From positions 1 through 51,522 of the IMG/VR virus record IMGVR_UViG_3300039149_000010: a DNA stretch of 51,522 nucleotides. One strand, given 5' to 3'. The stretch's first letter is position 1, and the number at the start of each line of letters is the position of its first letter. Position numbers and translations under genes: made by a program. This stretch comes from a virus. Lineage: Duplodnaviria > Caudoviricetes. Of the stretch, positions 36,787 through 46,694 are shown one piece after another. A model generated the notes under the pieces. The model had not been told where the DNA came from and searched no databases. It saw nothing but the letters and a program-made list of their open reading frames with translations.

Positions 36787-38238
36787 TTACGGCTTATATA
36801 ACGTATTCCCAGGGCCGTCGCTGTAAAAACTCGAACCCGGTAGCGCGTTCCGAATTTCGGTTGTGAAGTAGTAGCTCACGTTGTCCAGTCGTCCGGCTAA
36901 GAATGGTGTTTCCATAATCAGCCGCATTTTTGAACCGAAGTGATACTCTTTACACAACCCCGTTGACCGTTCCCCTGCAATCCACAACCCGTTGTTGAGA
37001 ACCGTCATGTTATCCGCGCCTGCAAAGGTGCGAAACTCGGTTGCATATTGGTTGTCCATTGGGAAGTATTGCAGGTAGGTAAGTTTCGTCCCGTTCCAGG
37101 TATCAGGAATGAGATAAATGTCACTGGTGAACGTGCCACTGCTATTGGTCTGTGGGATACCTTCCGAGAACACCACCGGAATAGGCACGCCGTCAACCAA
37201 CAGATATTGGCCTTGCATCATTTGGAGGCGTAATTGATTAGTGGCTGTGGTGTCAGTGTTGAACGGTTGCCCCGCTGTACCATCATCACAACGATAAGTC
37301 GCATAGTTGCAACTGTATTCTTCCACTACGCGATGGAAAGCCTCTTCGCGCATCAAGAAATACCAGGATACGTTTGCACCATACCCCATTTTTCGCGCCC
37401 GGTTCTTGACTGCCCGCACCAATTCAGAAATGGCAACGGTGATATTACGTGCGGACGCGGCCGGTTCAGAGGGGATGGTTGCACCCACGTCCGCGCCAAA
37501 GGTGATAACCACACTATCCATCGCCGCGCAAACCTGCGAGCTTTTCACATCGGTGTAACCCGTTTTAATCATGCTGTCGATGCCGGTGAACTCGGAAGTC
37601 CAACCATGCTCAGTGGCAGTATAGGCTTGCGTGTTATCCCCCGCAACGGCCACAACATCTATCGTGCGTTCAAATTCCACACCCAACCGCCACAGTTCAT
37701 AACTTAACTGGGAACGGGTATCCACCATACGGTAGAACAGGTCAGGAATAAGCGGATTACGCATTTCGGGATTGGAGAAACCGGGCTGCAAATTACCAGG
37801 GATGTCCGACCGGTTGCGCAGTTGCCCAATTTCAGGGATAGCGTTCAACTCGGTTTTGATGTAATACTCGCCCCAGTAAAATGCCTGTTTACATTCCTTC
37901 CCATAGCCCACTTCAGGCGGATTGGCACACCAGCCGCTGGCATTCGTGCCGCTGGCAGTGGTGACACCCAGAAAGATGGACAGCAATTCCTCATAGAAAT
38001 CACTTGCCATAGGTGCACCCAATGCTTGTGCAAATGAGTAAGGCCGCGCCATTGCGCTGTAGCGGTCAGGCCGTACCCCTGGATAAGTGAATAACCCAAA
38101 TTGCGTGGTGCTGCCCTGGAATGGGCCTTGCAAGGTGGGTGTGTACAACGTGGTATCACTAGGCGTATGTTTTTCTGTATAGCCCAACGCCTCACGCATT
38201 TCTTTCAGTTCTGCTAACGTGTATTGTTTATCGGCCAT
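36787..38238 (-). CDS. Major capsid protein
   Basis: 483 aa directly after the protease/scaffold; strong AAGGAG RBS. Assigned by synteny. Confidence 0.7.
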   Translation of the reverse strand: MADKQYTLAELKEMREALGYTEKHTPSDTTLYTPTLQGPFQGSTTQFGLFTYPGVRPDRYSAMARPYSFAQALGAPMASDFYEELLSIFLGVTTASGTNASGWCANPPEVGYGKECKQAFYWGEYYIKTELNAIPEIGQLRNRSDIPGNLQPGFSNPEMRNPLIPDLFYRMVDTRSQLSYELWRLGVEFERTIDVVAVAGDNTQAYTATEHGWTSEFTGIDSMIKTGYTDVKSSQVCAAMDSVVITFGADVGATIPSEPAASARNITVAISELVRAVKNRARKMGYGANVSWYFLMREEAFHRVVEEYSCNYATYRCDDGTAGQPFNTDTTATNQLRLQMMQGQYLLVDGVPIPVVFSEGIPQTNSSGTFTSDIYLIPDTWNGTKLTYLQYFPMDNQYATEFRTFAGADNMTVLNNGLWIAGERSTGLCKEYHFGSKMRLIMETPFLAGRLDNVSYYFTTEIRNALPGSSFYSDGPGNTLYKP

Positions 38239-38241
38239 TTT

Positions 38242-39384
38242 CTACTCCTTCACCGGGACACCCAGGACGAGCTTTTGCCCGTGCTGGCTCTTTTCCAGTT
38301 CGCGTTTGATTTTGAGCGTGTCCTCTGACTCGCTCACCCGTGTTTCCTTAGCGGTGGAAGCCGCACGCGGGGTTAAGGCCACCAGCTTTTCTACTTTTGC
38401 CAGACGGTCTCCGAGATCATCAAATCCTTTGGCCTTTTCAGCCAGCGGCGCAAGCTCTTTGACAATACCTGCCATTTCGATGAATGCCGGAATAAGCTCT
38501 TTCATTTCCGTCTGGACATCGTTCGCTTCGGTTGCCAGCGCCTTGACCTGCTGTGTTAATTCCATGACGGCCATTGGCATCGGTTCGTCTTCTTCTTCCT
38601 CTTGCATTTCTTCCATTGGCAAGTCTTCAACGATTTCAGTTGCCGTACCCATCAGTTCAGCAATGGCCATATTCGCAAAAGCATCCAGCTTGGTTTCGTC
38701 GTCGGTGAGTTCGCGTCCCATGTCCATAATTCGGGCACGCATGTCCTCAATTAGACCCTTCATTTTTGTTGCGTCAAACTCTTTGCGTTCCAGACCGGTC
38801 TTGTCTAAAGCCGTCCGCACGCCCTCCATTGCCGCTTCCAATTCGCCCCCGGCATCTTTACCGAGTAACTTTTCAAACCAGTTGCGGCGGTCTTGCTTTG
38901 CAGTTTCGCTCATTGGTTGACCTCCTAATACGAAACTAGGCGTAATACCATTCGCCGCCTTATCCAGCGGCAACGAAGATGTTTCGACCTTGAGTATTTC
39001 CTCAAATTCGTGGTCGGTTTCATCCCCTTGTTTATGCCCGAAACCAATACTTGCGCCCCAAGCCGTATCACTACTTTCGATGGCATCCCAGATTTCCGCC
39101 CGATTAATTAACATCGGTTCATCGTCTGCAAACCGTTGTAAGTCGATGACTTCGTTAGGCAATTCCTGAGATAGCTCCAATAAAAACGGGCCTACCATTT
39201 TAGCCCCGATGATTTCGCCTATCGGCTCGCCCCCATGCCAATACTTGTGCGGTGTAGGGCGAAAGTTTTTAACGTACTGTTCCAGCGCTTTGGTTTTAAC
39301 AATGTCGCCCTCTCTATCCCGATAGGCATTGGACGACACCAGAAACATATACCGGCGGTTATTGGCTTTGAATACAACGTTCAT
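38242..39384 (-). CDS. Prohead protease / scaffold protein
   Basis: SSNAYRDREGDIV, YWH, GASIGF, ETSSLP...AAN protease-like motifs; acidic coiled-coil C-terminus. Confidence 0.75.
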   Translation of the reverse strand: MNVVFKANNRRYMFLVSSNAYRDREGDIVKTKALEQYVKNFRPTPHKYWHGGEPIGEIIGAKMVGPFLLELSQELPNEVIDLQRFADDEPMLINRAEIWDAIESSDTAWGASIGFGHKQGDETDHEFEEILKVETSSLPLDKAANGITPSFVLGGQPMSETAKQDRRNWFEKLLGKDAGGELEAAMEGVRTALDKTGLERKEFDATKMKGLIEDMRARIMDMGRELTDDETKLDAFANMAIAELMGTATEIVEDLPMEEMQEEEEDEPMPMAVMELTQQVKALATEANDVQTEMKELIPAFIEMAGIVKELAPLAEKAKGFDDLGDRLAKVEKLVALTPRAASTAKETRVSESEDTLKIKRELEKSQHGQKLVLGVPVKE

Positions 39385-41372
39385 TAAGCCGCCTTTCCTA
39401 ACATACGGCGAACAAAACGCACCGCCCGTAAGCGCCCGCGTGCGGGTTGGTCGGTGGGCAGCAAGGCACACCCACAACGATAGCCGCCACAAATCAATTT
39501 ACTGGATTGTGGCAATAAGCCGGTGCGGCGGTAATCTTTCATACGGTGAATTTGCCCATTCAATTTGAGACACGTTTTACAATGTTCCTTGACCGGATTC
39601 ACCACCCACATGAAGCGCTGATTACGGTTCGCCAGTTCTAATCCCCGGTAATAAATCGGGTTGACTGACTTGTTGACCCACATTTCTGCCCGACGTTGCA
39701 AGGCATCAAAGGTAAAGGGGGTGTCGAATAATTCCTTAACGAATTTGGATATAAACGGACTTTGCTCAGCCCGCCATACCGACAACGCTTGCCGCGCTTC
39801 GTCGTCTAATTGCGGCATGGGAGCGCCGCCGTCCGCCAGACCATCGCGTAAAGCGTCCGCCCCGGCTTCCAATAGTGCCAAGCGCAACGCCGGTCGCAAT
39901 ACCGCCTTGCTGATAACATTGTTCTGGACTTGCATTGCCAATTCGATAAACCGCTGTTTAAAAGTGCGTTGGGTTGCCGACAACGCTTTTTGCGCTTCCT
40001 CGGTGTCATCTATGACAACATCCTGTGTCGGCATTTGTTCGGGCGCGGCCAGTTGCGGCGGTTGCATTTGTTCGGGTGTTTCCGGGTCGCTGTCATCTAA
40101 ACGGACAATACGACCGGATTCATCGGTAATGACATCCCGCACGGCTTCCACTTGGTTAGCCAATAACCGGCGTTGTTCGTCCGGTGTAAGTTTGCCTTCC
40201 AATGTCAGGATAATATTGGCCCAAGTGCTGGCCTTGTCCGCTTCCTGTTGATCCTCTTCAGGGTCGCGGTACTGGAACTCAAAGTTAAGTCCTTCCGGCA
40301 AAACCTGATTTAACAGCCGTTCCAGAGATTTATACAGCGTGCCAAGCAATTGCCCTTTGGACTTCTGATGCAAGACCTCGCTTTGGGTTGCTGTACCTAA
40401 CCCGTTACCGGTCAGTTCCCACAAATCCTGAATGTCTACACCCAACCCAAGTGCGATTTCCTTGACGTTCAATTCTTTATACGCCACATAATCAAACTTT
40501 TCAGGCGTGACGTTATACGGGATACTTTCAACCGAAATCGGTTGGTCGGTTTGCATCCCGTAGAGGCGTAGGACGTTGCCCCACGTGCTGCCGAAATCGG
40601 TTTGCCTATCCCTGTCCAATTGCTCAAAGGCCGCCTGCAATTGTTTATCCTTGATATTCTGGAATAGCATTAACCCCGGCGGCGGGTTGTCGTCTAGCCG
40701 CAACTCCACATACCGGTTCATCAGAATGTCACGTTGTACCGGCGCGATACATCGGGAGAGCGCACACTCCCCATACTGTCGGTAACTGTTCTCTAGTGTT
40801 TCCGGCATATCCAGCAAACGCACCACCCGGCTAAAGTGGAGTACGTGCAATTCGCTGTCAATGTCCATGTAAATGACCGGATAGGTCGGGTCGCCGGTCG
40901 GGTAGCAGCGCAGACTGTCCAATACATTAATCTGAGTTAATGGCCCGGTGAGTATTTCCGCCGGGTTGCCCGCGCCGATAAGTTCCACAAACGCGCCATT
41001 ATCGTAACGGGTGTAATCCTTGACCACCTTACTGACGAAAGTTTCCCACCCCTCTCCAAAACAGGCGTTCCACAATACATCCTGGTACAGTTCCGCCTCT
41101 TTAACAGCGCCGTCAATTTCCCAGGGCGTACTTACAACTCGTTTAGTTGTGGTGGCAACGCCGGACTTAAAGAGCGTATTGTAATCATGGGTAGCAAACT
41201 GATGCAATGTCCATTCGCGCTCGCGTGTGCCTTCCGGCGGCAATAACGGCCCGCGCCCGTACTCACTCCACCAGAGTGCATTTTGACCGGTTTCGCCTTT
41301 TAATAGATTTGGTTTTTTCTGGACACTTTGATCTAGCGCCCGTTGAATGAGTGGCCCGCGTTGGTCTGTCAT
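39384..41372 (-). CDS. Portal protein fused to a MuF-like head morphogenesis domain
   Basis: Follows terL; portal-like N-terminal ~450 aa; C-terminal EHCKTCLKLNGQ...CGGYRCGC. Confidence 0.75.
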   Translation of the reverse strand: MTDQRGPLIQRALDQSVQKKPNLLKGETGQNALWWSEYGRGPLLPPEGTREREWTLHQFATHDYNTLFKSGVATTTKRVVSTPWEIDGAVKEAELYQDVLWNACFGEGWETFVSKVVKDYTRYDNGAFVELIGAGNPAEILTGPLTQINVLDSLRCYPTGDPTYPVIYMDIDSELHVLHFSRVVRLLDMPETLENSYRQYGECALSRCIAPVQRDILMNRYVELRLDDNPPPGLMLFQNIKDKQLQAAFEQLDRDRQTDFGSTWGNVLRLYGMQTDQPISVESIPYNVTPEKFDYVAYKELNVKEIALGLGVDIQDLWELTGNGLGTATQSEVLHQKSKGQLLGTLYKSLERLLNQVLPEGLNFEFQYRDPEEDQQEADKASTWANIILTLEGKLTPDEQRRLLANQVEAVRDVITDESGRIVRLDDSDPETPEQMQPPQLAAPEQMPTQDVVIDDTEEAQKALSATQRTFKQRFIELAMQVQNNVISKAVLRPALRLALLEAGADALRDGLADGGAPMPQLDDEARQALSVWRAEQSPFISKFVKELFDTPFTFDALQRRAEMWVNKSVNPIYYRGLELANRNQRFMWVVNPVKEHCKTCLKLNGQIHRMKDYRRTGLLPQSSKLICGGYRCGCALLPTDQPARGRLRAVRFVRRMLGKAA

Positions 41373-41378
41373 AATTCC

Positions 41379-43649
41379 CTATCGGAAGTTAAAAAGCAAA
41401 TAACGGAGTGCATCGACTAAATGGTCGTCGATCTTTAAGGGTTTCGGTTCGCCCGCTTCGCTGGAGCTGAACTTGTCATCATACCGATACCCCTGCAATT
41501 CACGAATTAGGTTCTTACAGCGTGGGTGAATGTGCAAGGAGCGCTTGCCGCTGCCGTCACACAAAAAGCGCCGGACAACCTTTATACCATCCGCTACCCG
41601 ATGCGAGGCCGCGCCGTTGAAGATGTCTTTGTCGGTTAAGCGCCGCCGCAGTTCTGCCGCGCTGCTATCCACTAATGCCAAATCCGGTTCATGATACGAC
41701 CAGGACATCACCTCGTTAATACTGGCCTCTGGCAGTTGCAACGTTTTATAGTATTCGGCAAAAATGTTGAAGCCACCATCGTTGCGTTGGTTCGCTAACA
41801 CAAACGCCCTCGGATGATACCCCGGTGTTCCCAAACCGCCGCCTTCGGCATAGCCATCGTCAACGCCCCAAAACACCGGCAAGTCAGGATTGTATTCGGC
41901 CGCTTCGGTGACGTTTTCGGCGTAACTGAAGTTGTCATATATCGCGCCTTCGGCTGCTACCCACAACCCCTCCAACCCGCGCTGGCGACGTATGCCGGTC
42001 AGTTTATTGAGGTTTGTCATCACCTCACGCCCTCGGCCAGTCAGGTTGCCCGCGCTGTCATACAGCATAGGATTATGAATATGCAATTGTTCAAACATTT
42101 CCAGGTCTCCCACACTATGGCGGGCTAACAGCCAATGCCCTGGATACGACGGGTTACAGTCACTTAGGACTTGCGGGTGGATGGTATTACCCGCCCGCCC
42201 GTCTGCCCGCGCCGTCAGCATTTCGTAGGCCGTTAGTGGGATGTCCTCAACCTGATTGATATAAATGTAGTCAAACTCGGCACTTAAGAATTTACCCGGT
42301 TTATCCAGACCACCTAAAAGGATTTCGCCGCCGTTGCTGTATAGGTAGCGTTGCGGACGTTCACCGCCAAATACCTGCACCGGACTATCGGGATGTTCGG
42401 GGGGTAACGGCAGGACTTTTCGCTCGAAGGTTTCGCACGCGCTGTTAATCAGGTTATTGTAGGTATCGCGTACCCACAGCCCCTTTGCGTTAGGGGTATT
42501 GCACATGAGCCAATGAAACCAAACCAACGCCCCGTAAGTTTTGCCGGTGTTGTGATGCCAAGAACCTTCAGCTAAATAATGCTCATAACCCGGAACATGT
42601 AAATCATAATAATAATCGTTTCTCACAAATTCTATACTTGCAATGGTGCTTACAGGTACGGTATAATTAGGGTATCGTTCAAATAGTAATGAAAGGTTCT
42701 CTAATGGCTCGCCAATCGGCTTGTCAAAAGAATGATATGTTAGTTCGTCAAATGGTTGCGGACGGTGCAACGTTAACTGAGATTGCAAAAGCCGTTGGCA
42801 CAAACCGAACTCGTGTACGGGAGTATATTGAACGGGAGGATATTCCGCATAACCCAAATTGGCGAAGTACCGGGCATCGCCTAGAACGTCACGGTAATTG
42901 GAAGGGTGGTCGTATAGTTGACAAAAATGGCTATGTGCTGGTAAAAGTTGATGACCATCCGAATTGTAACCGTCACGGTTATATGCGAGAACATCGCCTT
43001 GTAATGGAACAGCAATTGGGTCGCTATTTAACACCCTCTGAAGTTGTGCATCACATTGATGGCAATAAGCAGAATAACCACCCTGACAATTTGAAGTTGT
43101 TCCATCGAAACGCCGATCACCTACGCAAAACTTTGAAGGGTAAGCGTCCGAATTGGACATCGAAGGGATGGGCGAATATGTGCAAACCGCGTCCCCGTAG
43201 GACAAAGAAGCAATAGCACGCCACCCCTCCGGTGTTAACACACGATGCCCTAATGTAGCAATAAACGAATTGCCATTTTCCAACGTAACACGATACAAAT
43301 TAGCGATACCTTTAATAAATGGGGGTGTCGCTTTCGCTTTTCCGTATCGCGTCAATACTGTTGGGGATGTCTCTGCAACATAATAATCTTCAATGGCAAC
43401 ATAATTACCGGTGTCAGGGTCATAAATACGTGTTTCCCCGGCAACACAATTGTAAGGCCCGTAGAGGTTGATTTCATGGGAGCGCCGGTTGTCAGCCACC
43501 AGTTGAGCAAAACCGCCCCGTTTCTCCAGCGTAGCAAATTCAGGGTAAAGATCAACGTCGTCTGCTGTTGCCGTTTGGACACCCAACCCATAGTCAATGA
43601 GTTCATCGTCACTGCAAGGTGGTGTAACTGTCAGCACGTTCAATGACAC
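41379..43649 (-). CDS. terL: Terminase large subunit, intein-containing (about 456 aa after splicing)
   Basis: Walker A GPYN|TGKT split by the intein; YIYINQVED Walker B region; DCNP coupling motif; RNase H-like GVDDG and DDHLVDALRY. Confidence 0.93.
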   Translation of the reverse strand: MSLNVLTVTPPCSDDELIDYGLGVQTATADDVDLYPEFATLEKRGGFAQLVADNRRSHEINLYGPYNCVAGETRIYDPDTGNYVAIEDYYVAETSPTVLTRYGKAKATPPFIKGIANLYRVTLENGNSFIATLGHRVLTPEGWRAIASLSYGDAVCTYSPIPSMSNSDAYPSKFCVGDRRFDGTTSNCQGGYSAYCHQCDAQLQRVLNSDPIAVPLQGDVLAYNRDGYNSDGHQLLPAHSHFCQLYDHPSNYRDVLGDARYFANLGYAEYPPVQYTPVHEFGLCQRLLQSQLTLHRPQPFDELTYHSFDKPIGEPLENLSLLFERYPNYTVPVSTIASIEFVRNDYYYDLHVPGYEHYLAEGSWHHNTGKTYGALVWFHWLMCNTPNAKGLWVRDTYNNLINSACETFERKVLPLPPEHPDSPVQVFGGERPQRYLYSNGGEILLGGLDKPGKFLSAEFDYIYINQVEDIPLTAYEMLTARADGRAGNTIHPQVLSDCNPSYPGHWLLARHSVGDLEMFEQLHIHNPMLYDSAGNLTGRGREVMTNLNKLTGIRRQRGLEGLWVAAEGAIYDNFSYAENVTEAAEYNPDLPVFWGVDDGYAEGGGLGTPGYHPRAFVLANQRNDGGFNIFAEYYKTLQLPEASINEVMSWSYHEPDLALVDSSAAELRRRLTDKDIFNGAASHRVADGIKVVRRFLCDGSGKRSLHIHPRCKNLIRELQGYRYDDKFSSSEAGEPKPLKIDDHLVDALRYLLFNFR
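42638..42667 (+). promoter_or_regulatory. Promoter for the antisense HNH, inside the intein coding sequence
   Basis: TTGCAA-N18-TATAAT. Confidence 0.65.
42704..43216 (+). CDS. HNH homing endonuclease encoded antisense inside the intein
   Basis: N-terminal HTH (ATLTEIAKAVGTNRTRV), NWKGG, GY..EHRLVMEQQLGRYL...EVVHHIDGNKQNNHPDNL; GAAAGG RBS before the ATG at 42704 (alternative ATG at 42689). Confidence 0.9.
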   Translation: MARQSACQKNDMLVRQMVADGATLTEIAKAVGTNRTRVREYIEREDIPHNPNWRSTGHRLERHGNWKGGRIVDKNGYVLVKVDDHPNCNRHGYMREHRLVMEQQLGRYLTPSEVVHHIDGNKQNNHPDNLKLFHRNADHLRKTLKGKRPNWTSKGWANMCKPRPRRTKKQ

Positions 43650-44076
43650 GGCGCATAAAATCCTTTGGGTCTTTTCCGAGGGCGTTCAATGCAGACACGA
43701 ATCCGGGTATAACTTCAATAACTTCTGTCGGTAGCCCGCGCAATAAGCGCATTTTATCGGTAGCAGTTGCCGCAGCAATAACGGCGGCCTTGCCGTCCAT
43801 TTCTTCAATGACATCTGGTTTGCCCGCATGGTCAAGCATCTTGTAAGCAATCGACTCAAAGAGGTTTGCAAGCTCTGGTCTTTTTTCAATGACTACTTGG
43901 TCAGGGGGTGGGTTTTGTTCACCATTAAACCACCGGCTTAATGTACGTGCCGGGATGCCAACTTCTTTTGCTGTCCGCGTCAACGCGCCTTTGATGTCAG
44001 GATACCCGGCGGCCTGAAGCAATAAACAGGCACTCGCTCGAAATTTATCGTCGTATTGTTTGCGCTTCTTTTTCAT
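43609..44076 (-). CDS. Terminase small subunit-like HTH protein
   Basis: QYDDKFRA...LTRTAKEVGIPARTLSRW; directly upstream of terL. Confidence 0.7.
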   Translation of the reverse strand: MKKKRKQYDDKFRASACLLLQAAGYPDIKGALTRTAKEVGIPARTLSRWFNGEQNPPPDQVVIEKRPELANLFESIAYKMLDHAGKPDVIEEMDGKAAVIAAATATDKMRLLRGLPTEVIEVIPGFVSALNALGKDPKDFMRRVIERADSYTTLQ

Positions 44077-44082
44077 GTTACC

Positions 44083-45588
44083 TCAAAATACAAATCCAGC
44101 CGCCACGTTCCCCGGCTCGCCCCACTGTGGAAGCGCTTTGTTGCCCGGTCTGCAGGGTAGCGGGGCATCCCAACATTGCCCTTGTGCTTGCGCTGTAAAT
44201 ATCCCAGCCTCATAGCGGGCTTGAGTGGGTAGCGTAGGCAACGGTTCACCGGGCGCATGAATAGGCCAGCGGACGACCGTCACAACCACAAACAGTACCA
44301 GCGCGGGTGTCCATATCCGTAAGGGACGAACAAGCGATAAGCTGAGAGTCAACGGGATAAGCCATAACACCACCCCCGCAAAACGAATATTCGGGGCGGT
44401 CAAAAACCAATATACGGTTGCCATCAGGACGATGCTGAGTAGTCGCCAACGAATAGGATTGTGTTGGCGTATCAGATATAGACCGATAACTAGGGTCATC
44501 ATCACGGGCAACCAGTACAGCAGGATACTTACCCCATGCACCGACCGCCAGATGAAATAATCTTGTATCCAATTGGGATTATTTAACACCACGTCCGGCG
44601 GGGCGGTTGACGTTTTCGCCCAAGATGCAATCCAATCCGCTGTATGCTGAACCCGTTCCATTGGCATTGTCCAGGGCGTGGGAATGCGGGTTATGGCAAT
44701 CGGAAAGACAGCATACCCTGATACAATAATACTCCGTAAAGTGGCAGGAATGAGCGCACTAAAACTCCACACCATAGCCCATTCCAGTTTACGCTTACGT
44801 AGGGTCAATACTGCCAACCCCAGCGCGATGACCACCGCTGAGAGTTTAATTGCAATCATTACACCAGCCAATAGCCAGATAAAACGTCGATCGGGAGTAT
44901 CTTGTAGGACTTCCCAAAACAGCAGCGCCCCCAACAACCAAATGGCGGGGTCGGTCATCAGTCCGTTAATTGGTGCAACCACACATTCAAAGCCGGTCAA
45001 CACCAACAGGATAACCGCAATAGGCCAATGCTTCACACGACGCAGGATGCTATCGGCAAAACCCGCTACTGCTACACCGAACAATAACCCGTAGGCCAGT
45101 CCGTAACCGGTGGCATGATAGCCGCCGGACATTTGCAGCGCCGGATAAAAAGCAAAGGCATTGTTAAACGCCAATCGCTCGTGGAGGTTGCCCAACCCCG
45201 GTACAGCGGCGTACCCCTGTATCCAGCGCACGGACTGAGTATGGTATAGCCCGGTGTCGAAGCCAACGCTTTCTTGACTTTGCGCTCCCACCGCGCCGTT
45301 TGCCAGTAGTACCCAGATCACCAACAGGACAAGTAAGGCCGCTTGGCTCGTCTGAAGCTGCTGACGTAACCAATGGCGATTATGCCAGATGCCCCACACC
45401 CCCACACTGAATACGCTAATCTGTGCGAGGCTGTTCCAGGGGGCTAGCAAGTTCCAGATTTGCCCGGTCACAATCGTCAGCAGCCAGCCATACCAGAACG
45501 CACGCCATAATGACGCGCGGGTAAGGGTTGCCCCAATGCCGGTAAAGACAAGCCCGAATGTGACCCATAAGCCCAATGCCGAAAGCAT
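44083..45588 (-). CDS. Polytopic membrane protein, GT-C-like glycosyltransferase (start uncertain)
   Basis: More than ten hydrophobic helices; DTGLYH...PGLGNLHERLAFNN first-loop motif; CWDAPLPC near the C-terminus. Confidence 0.65.
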   Translation of the reverse strand: MLSALGLWVTFGLVFTGIGATLTRASLWRAFWYGWLLTIVTGQIWNLLAPWNSLAQISVFSVGVWGIWHNRHWLRQQLQTSQAALLVLLVIWVLLANGAVGAQSQESVGFDTGLYHTQSVRWIQGYAAVPGLGNLHERLAFNNAFAFYPALQMSGGYHATGYGLAYGLLFGVAVAGFADSILRRVKHWPIAVILLVLTGFECVVAPINGLMTDPAIWLLGALLFWEVLQDTPDRRFIWLLAGVMIAIKLSAVVIALGLAVLTLRKRKLEWAMVWSFSALIPATLRSIIVSGYAVFPIAITRIPTPWTMPMERVQHTADWIASWAKTSTAPPDVVLNNPNWIQDYFIWRSVHGVSILLYWLPVMMTLVIGLYLIRQHNPIRWRLLSIVLMATVYWFLTAPNIRFAGVVLWLIPLTLSLSLVRPLRIWTPALVLFVVVTVVRWPIHAPGEPLPTLPTQARYEAGIFTAQAQGQCWDAPLPCRPGNKALPQWGEPGNVAAGFVF

Positions 45589-45926
45589 AAACACCCTGAT
45601 GCTAAAATACAAAATTCCGCCGGGGCGGACTTTTTCGTGTGGCGTAGGATGGATTTGCACCACCCCGCCTGATGGAATACCCACCACGCGCCCCTATGGG
45701 CAACGCCGTAAGCGCAGGTAAATTTTGGTTGGATAAAGAAATACGCAGGAATTACATTCTCCTTTCATGAACGAATGCAATCCGCTGTTATTCCCAAAAT
45801 TGGTTGCACCCCCGCGCCAGAAATGCCAAAAGCGAAAACCCGCTTTACCGCGCGGGCTTTCAGAGAATGGATACTTCGAGAAAAGAAAGTCTCTCAGTAC
45901 ACCATACCATAAAATAAGGTTAAGTG

Positions 45927-46244
45927 TCAACTCTTTCTCACTTTTTCTAACGAATACCCAACCAACTCGTTTTTCACACTGGATACAAACATGCCTAACT
46001 TCCCGGCTATCCAGAGACAGAGGGCATGTCCATAAAGCCCATGCTGTTCCCGACCGATATTGTAATGACAAATAACATCAGCGTGCCGGTCATCTTCAAA
46101 GTCTCTACCCAATACGGTGCTATGGGATTTCGGTTCATTTTTCAATGCTTGGTTTTCTGTTCCGCGTTTGTACACGTTGCCTTTGGGTATAAACCGTTCA
46201 GACTTCGAGACTTTATGGGGTATGTTCGTGGGTGAACTGGGCAT
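45927..46244 (-). CDS. Possible hypothetical protein
   Basis: AGGAG RBS and an upstream TTGTGT-N17-TATACT; no recognisable motif. Confidence 0.35.
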   Translation of the reverse strand: MPSSPTNIPHKVSKSERFIPKGNVYKRGTENQALKNEPKSHSTVLGRDFEDDRHADVICHYNIGREQHGLYGHALCLWIAGKLGMFVSSVKNELVGYSLEKVRKS

Positions 46245-46369
46245 CGACGCTCCTACTTCATTCCCGACTATTCGCAAACAGTATACACCATACCCCCATT
46301 AAAACACAAATTCCACCGAAGTGGAAAGTGTGGAAGGAAAAACAAAATGTTACCTTTAGGATACACCCG

Positions 46370-46657
46370 TTACGCTTCGATGTCAAGCGAACCGTTAATG
46401 TCCGCATCAAACCATGTAACCTCACACCCCAAACAGTGATGCAAAACCCATTGTTTCCCGTCGATGGTGTTAGTGCAATTAAAATTCCTGTCAGTCAATA
46501 GGCGACAATTGGGGCAATGGGTCTCCACTTGGGGGATGTCCGTATCATCCCAACTCGCGTCGCTATCCAGAAACATAGGAGTGTGCCACTGGAAACCTTG
46601 CTCCTTAATTTCCTGGAATACTTTTTCAAGTTGTGCATCAGTTTTGCAGAGTATCAT
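46370..46657 (-). CDS. Small Cys-containing protein
   Basis: AAGGAG RBS; CPNC...CLGC. Confidence 0.6.
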   Translation of the reverse strand: MILCKTDAQLEKVFQEIKEQGFQWHTPMFLDSDASWDDTDIPQVETHCPNCRLLTDRNFNCTNTIDGKQWVLHHCLGCEVTWFDADINGSLDIEA

Positions 46658-46694
46658 TCTCTCTCCTTTGGTGGATAACGCGCATTCTATGAGC

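Larger units (their letters stand above)
42549..43448 (-). mobile_element. Intein (300 aa) in the terL Walker A motif
   Basis: N-terminal CVAGETRI (Cys1), block B ATLGHRVLT, block F YYDLHVPGYEHY, C-terminal HHN followed by Thr+1. Confidence 0.93.

Noticed and set aside
38219-38920. 233-aa Ser-rich antisense ORF (and the similar one at 39661..40251)
   Set aside because: Typical antisense shadow of Glu/Ala-rich coding sequence.
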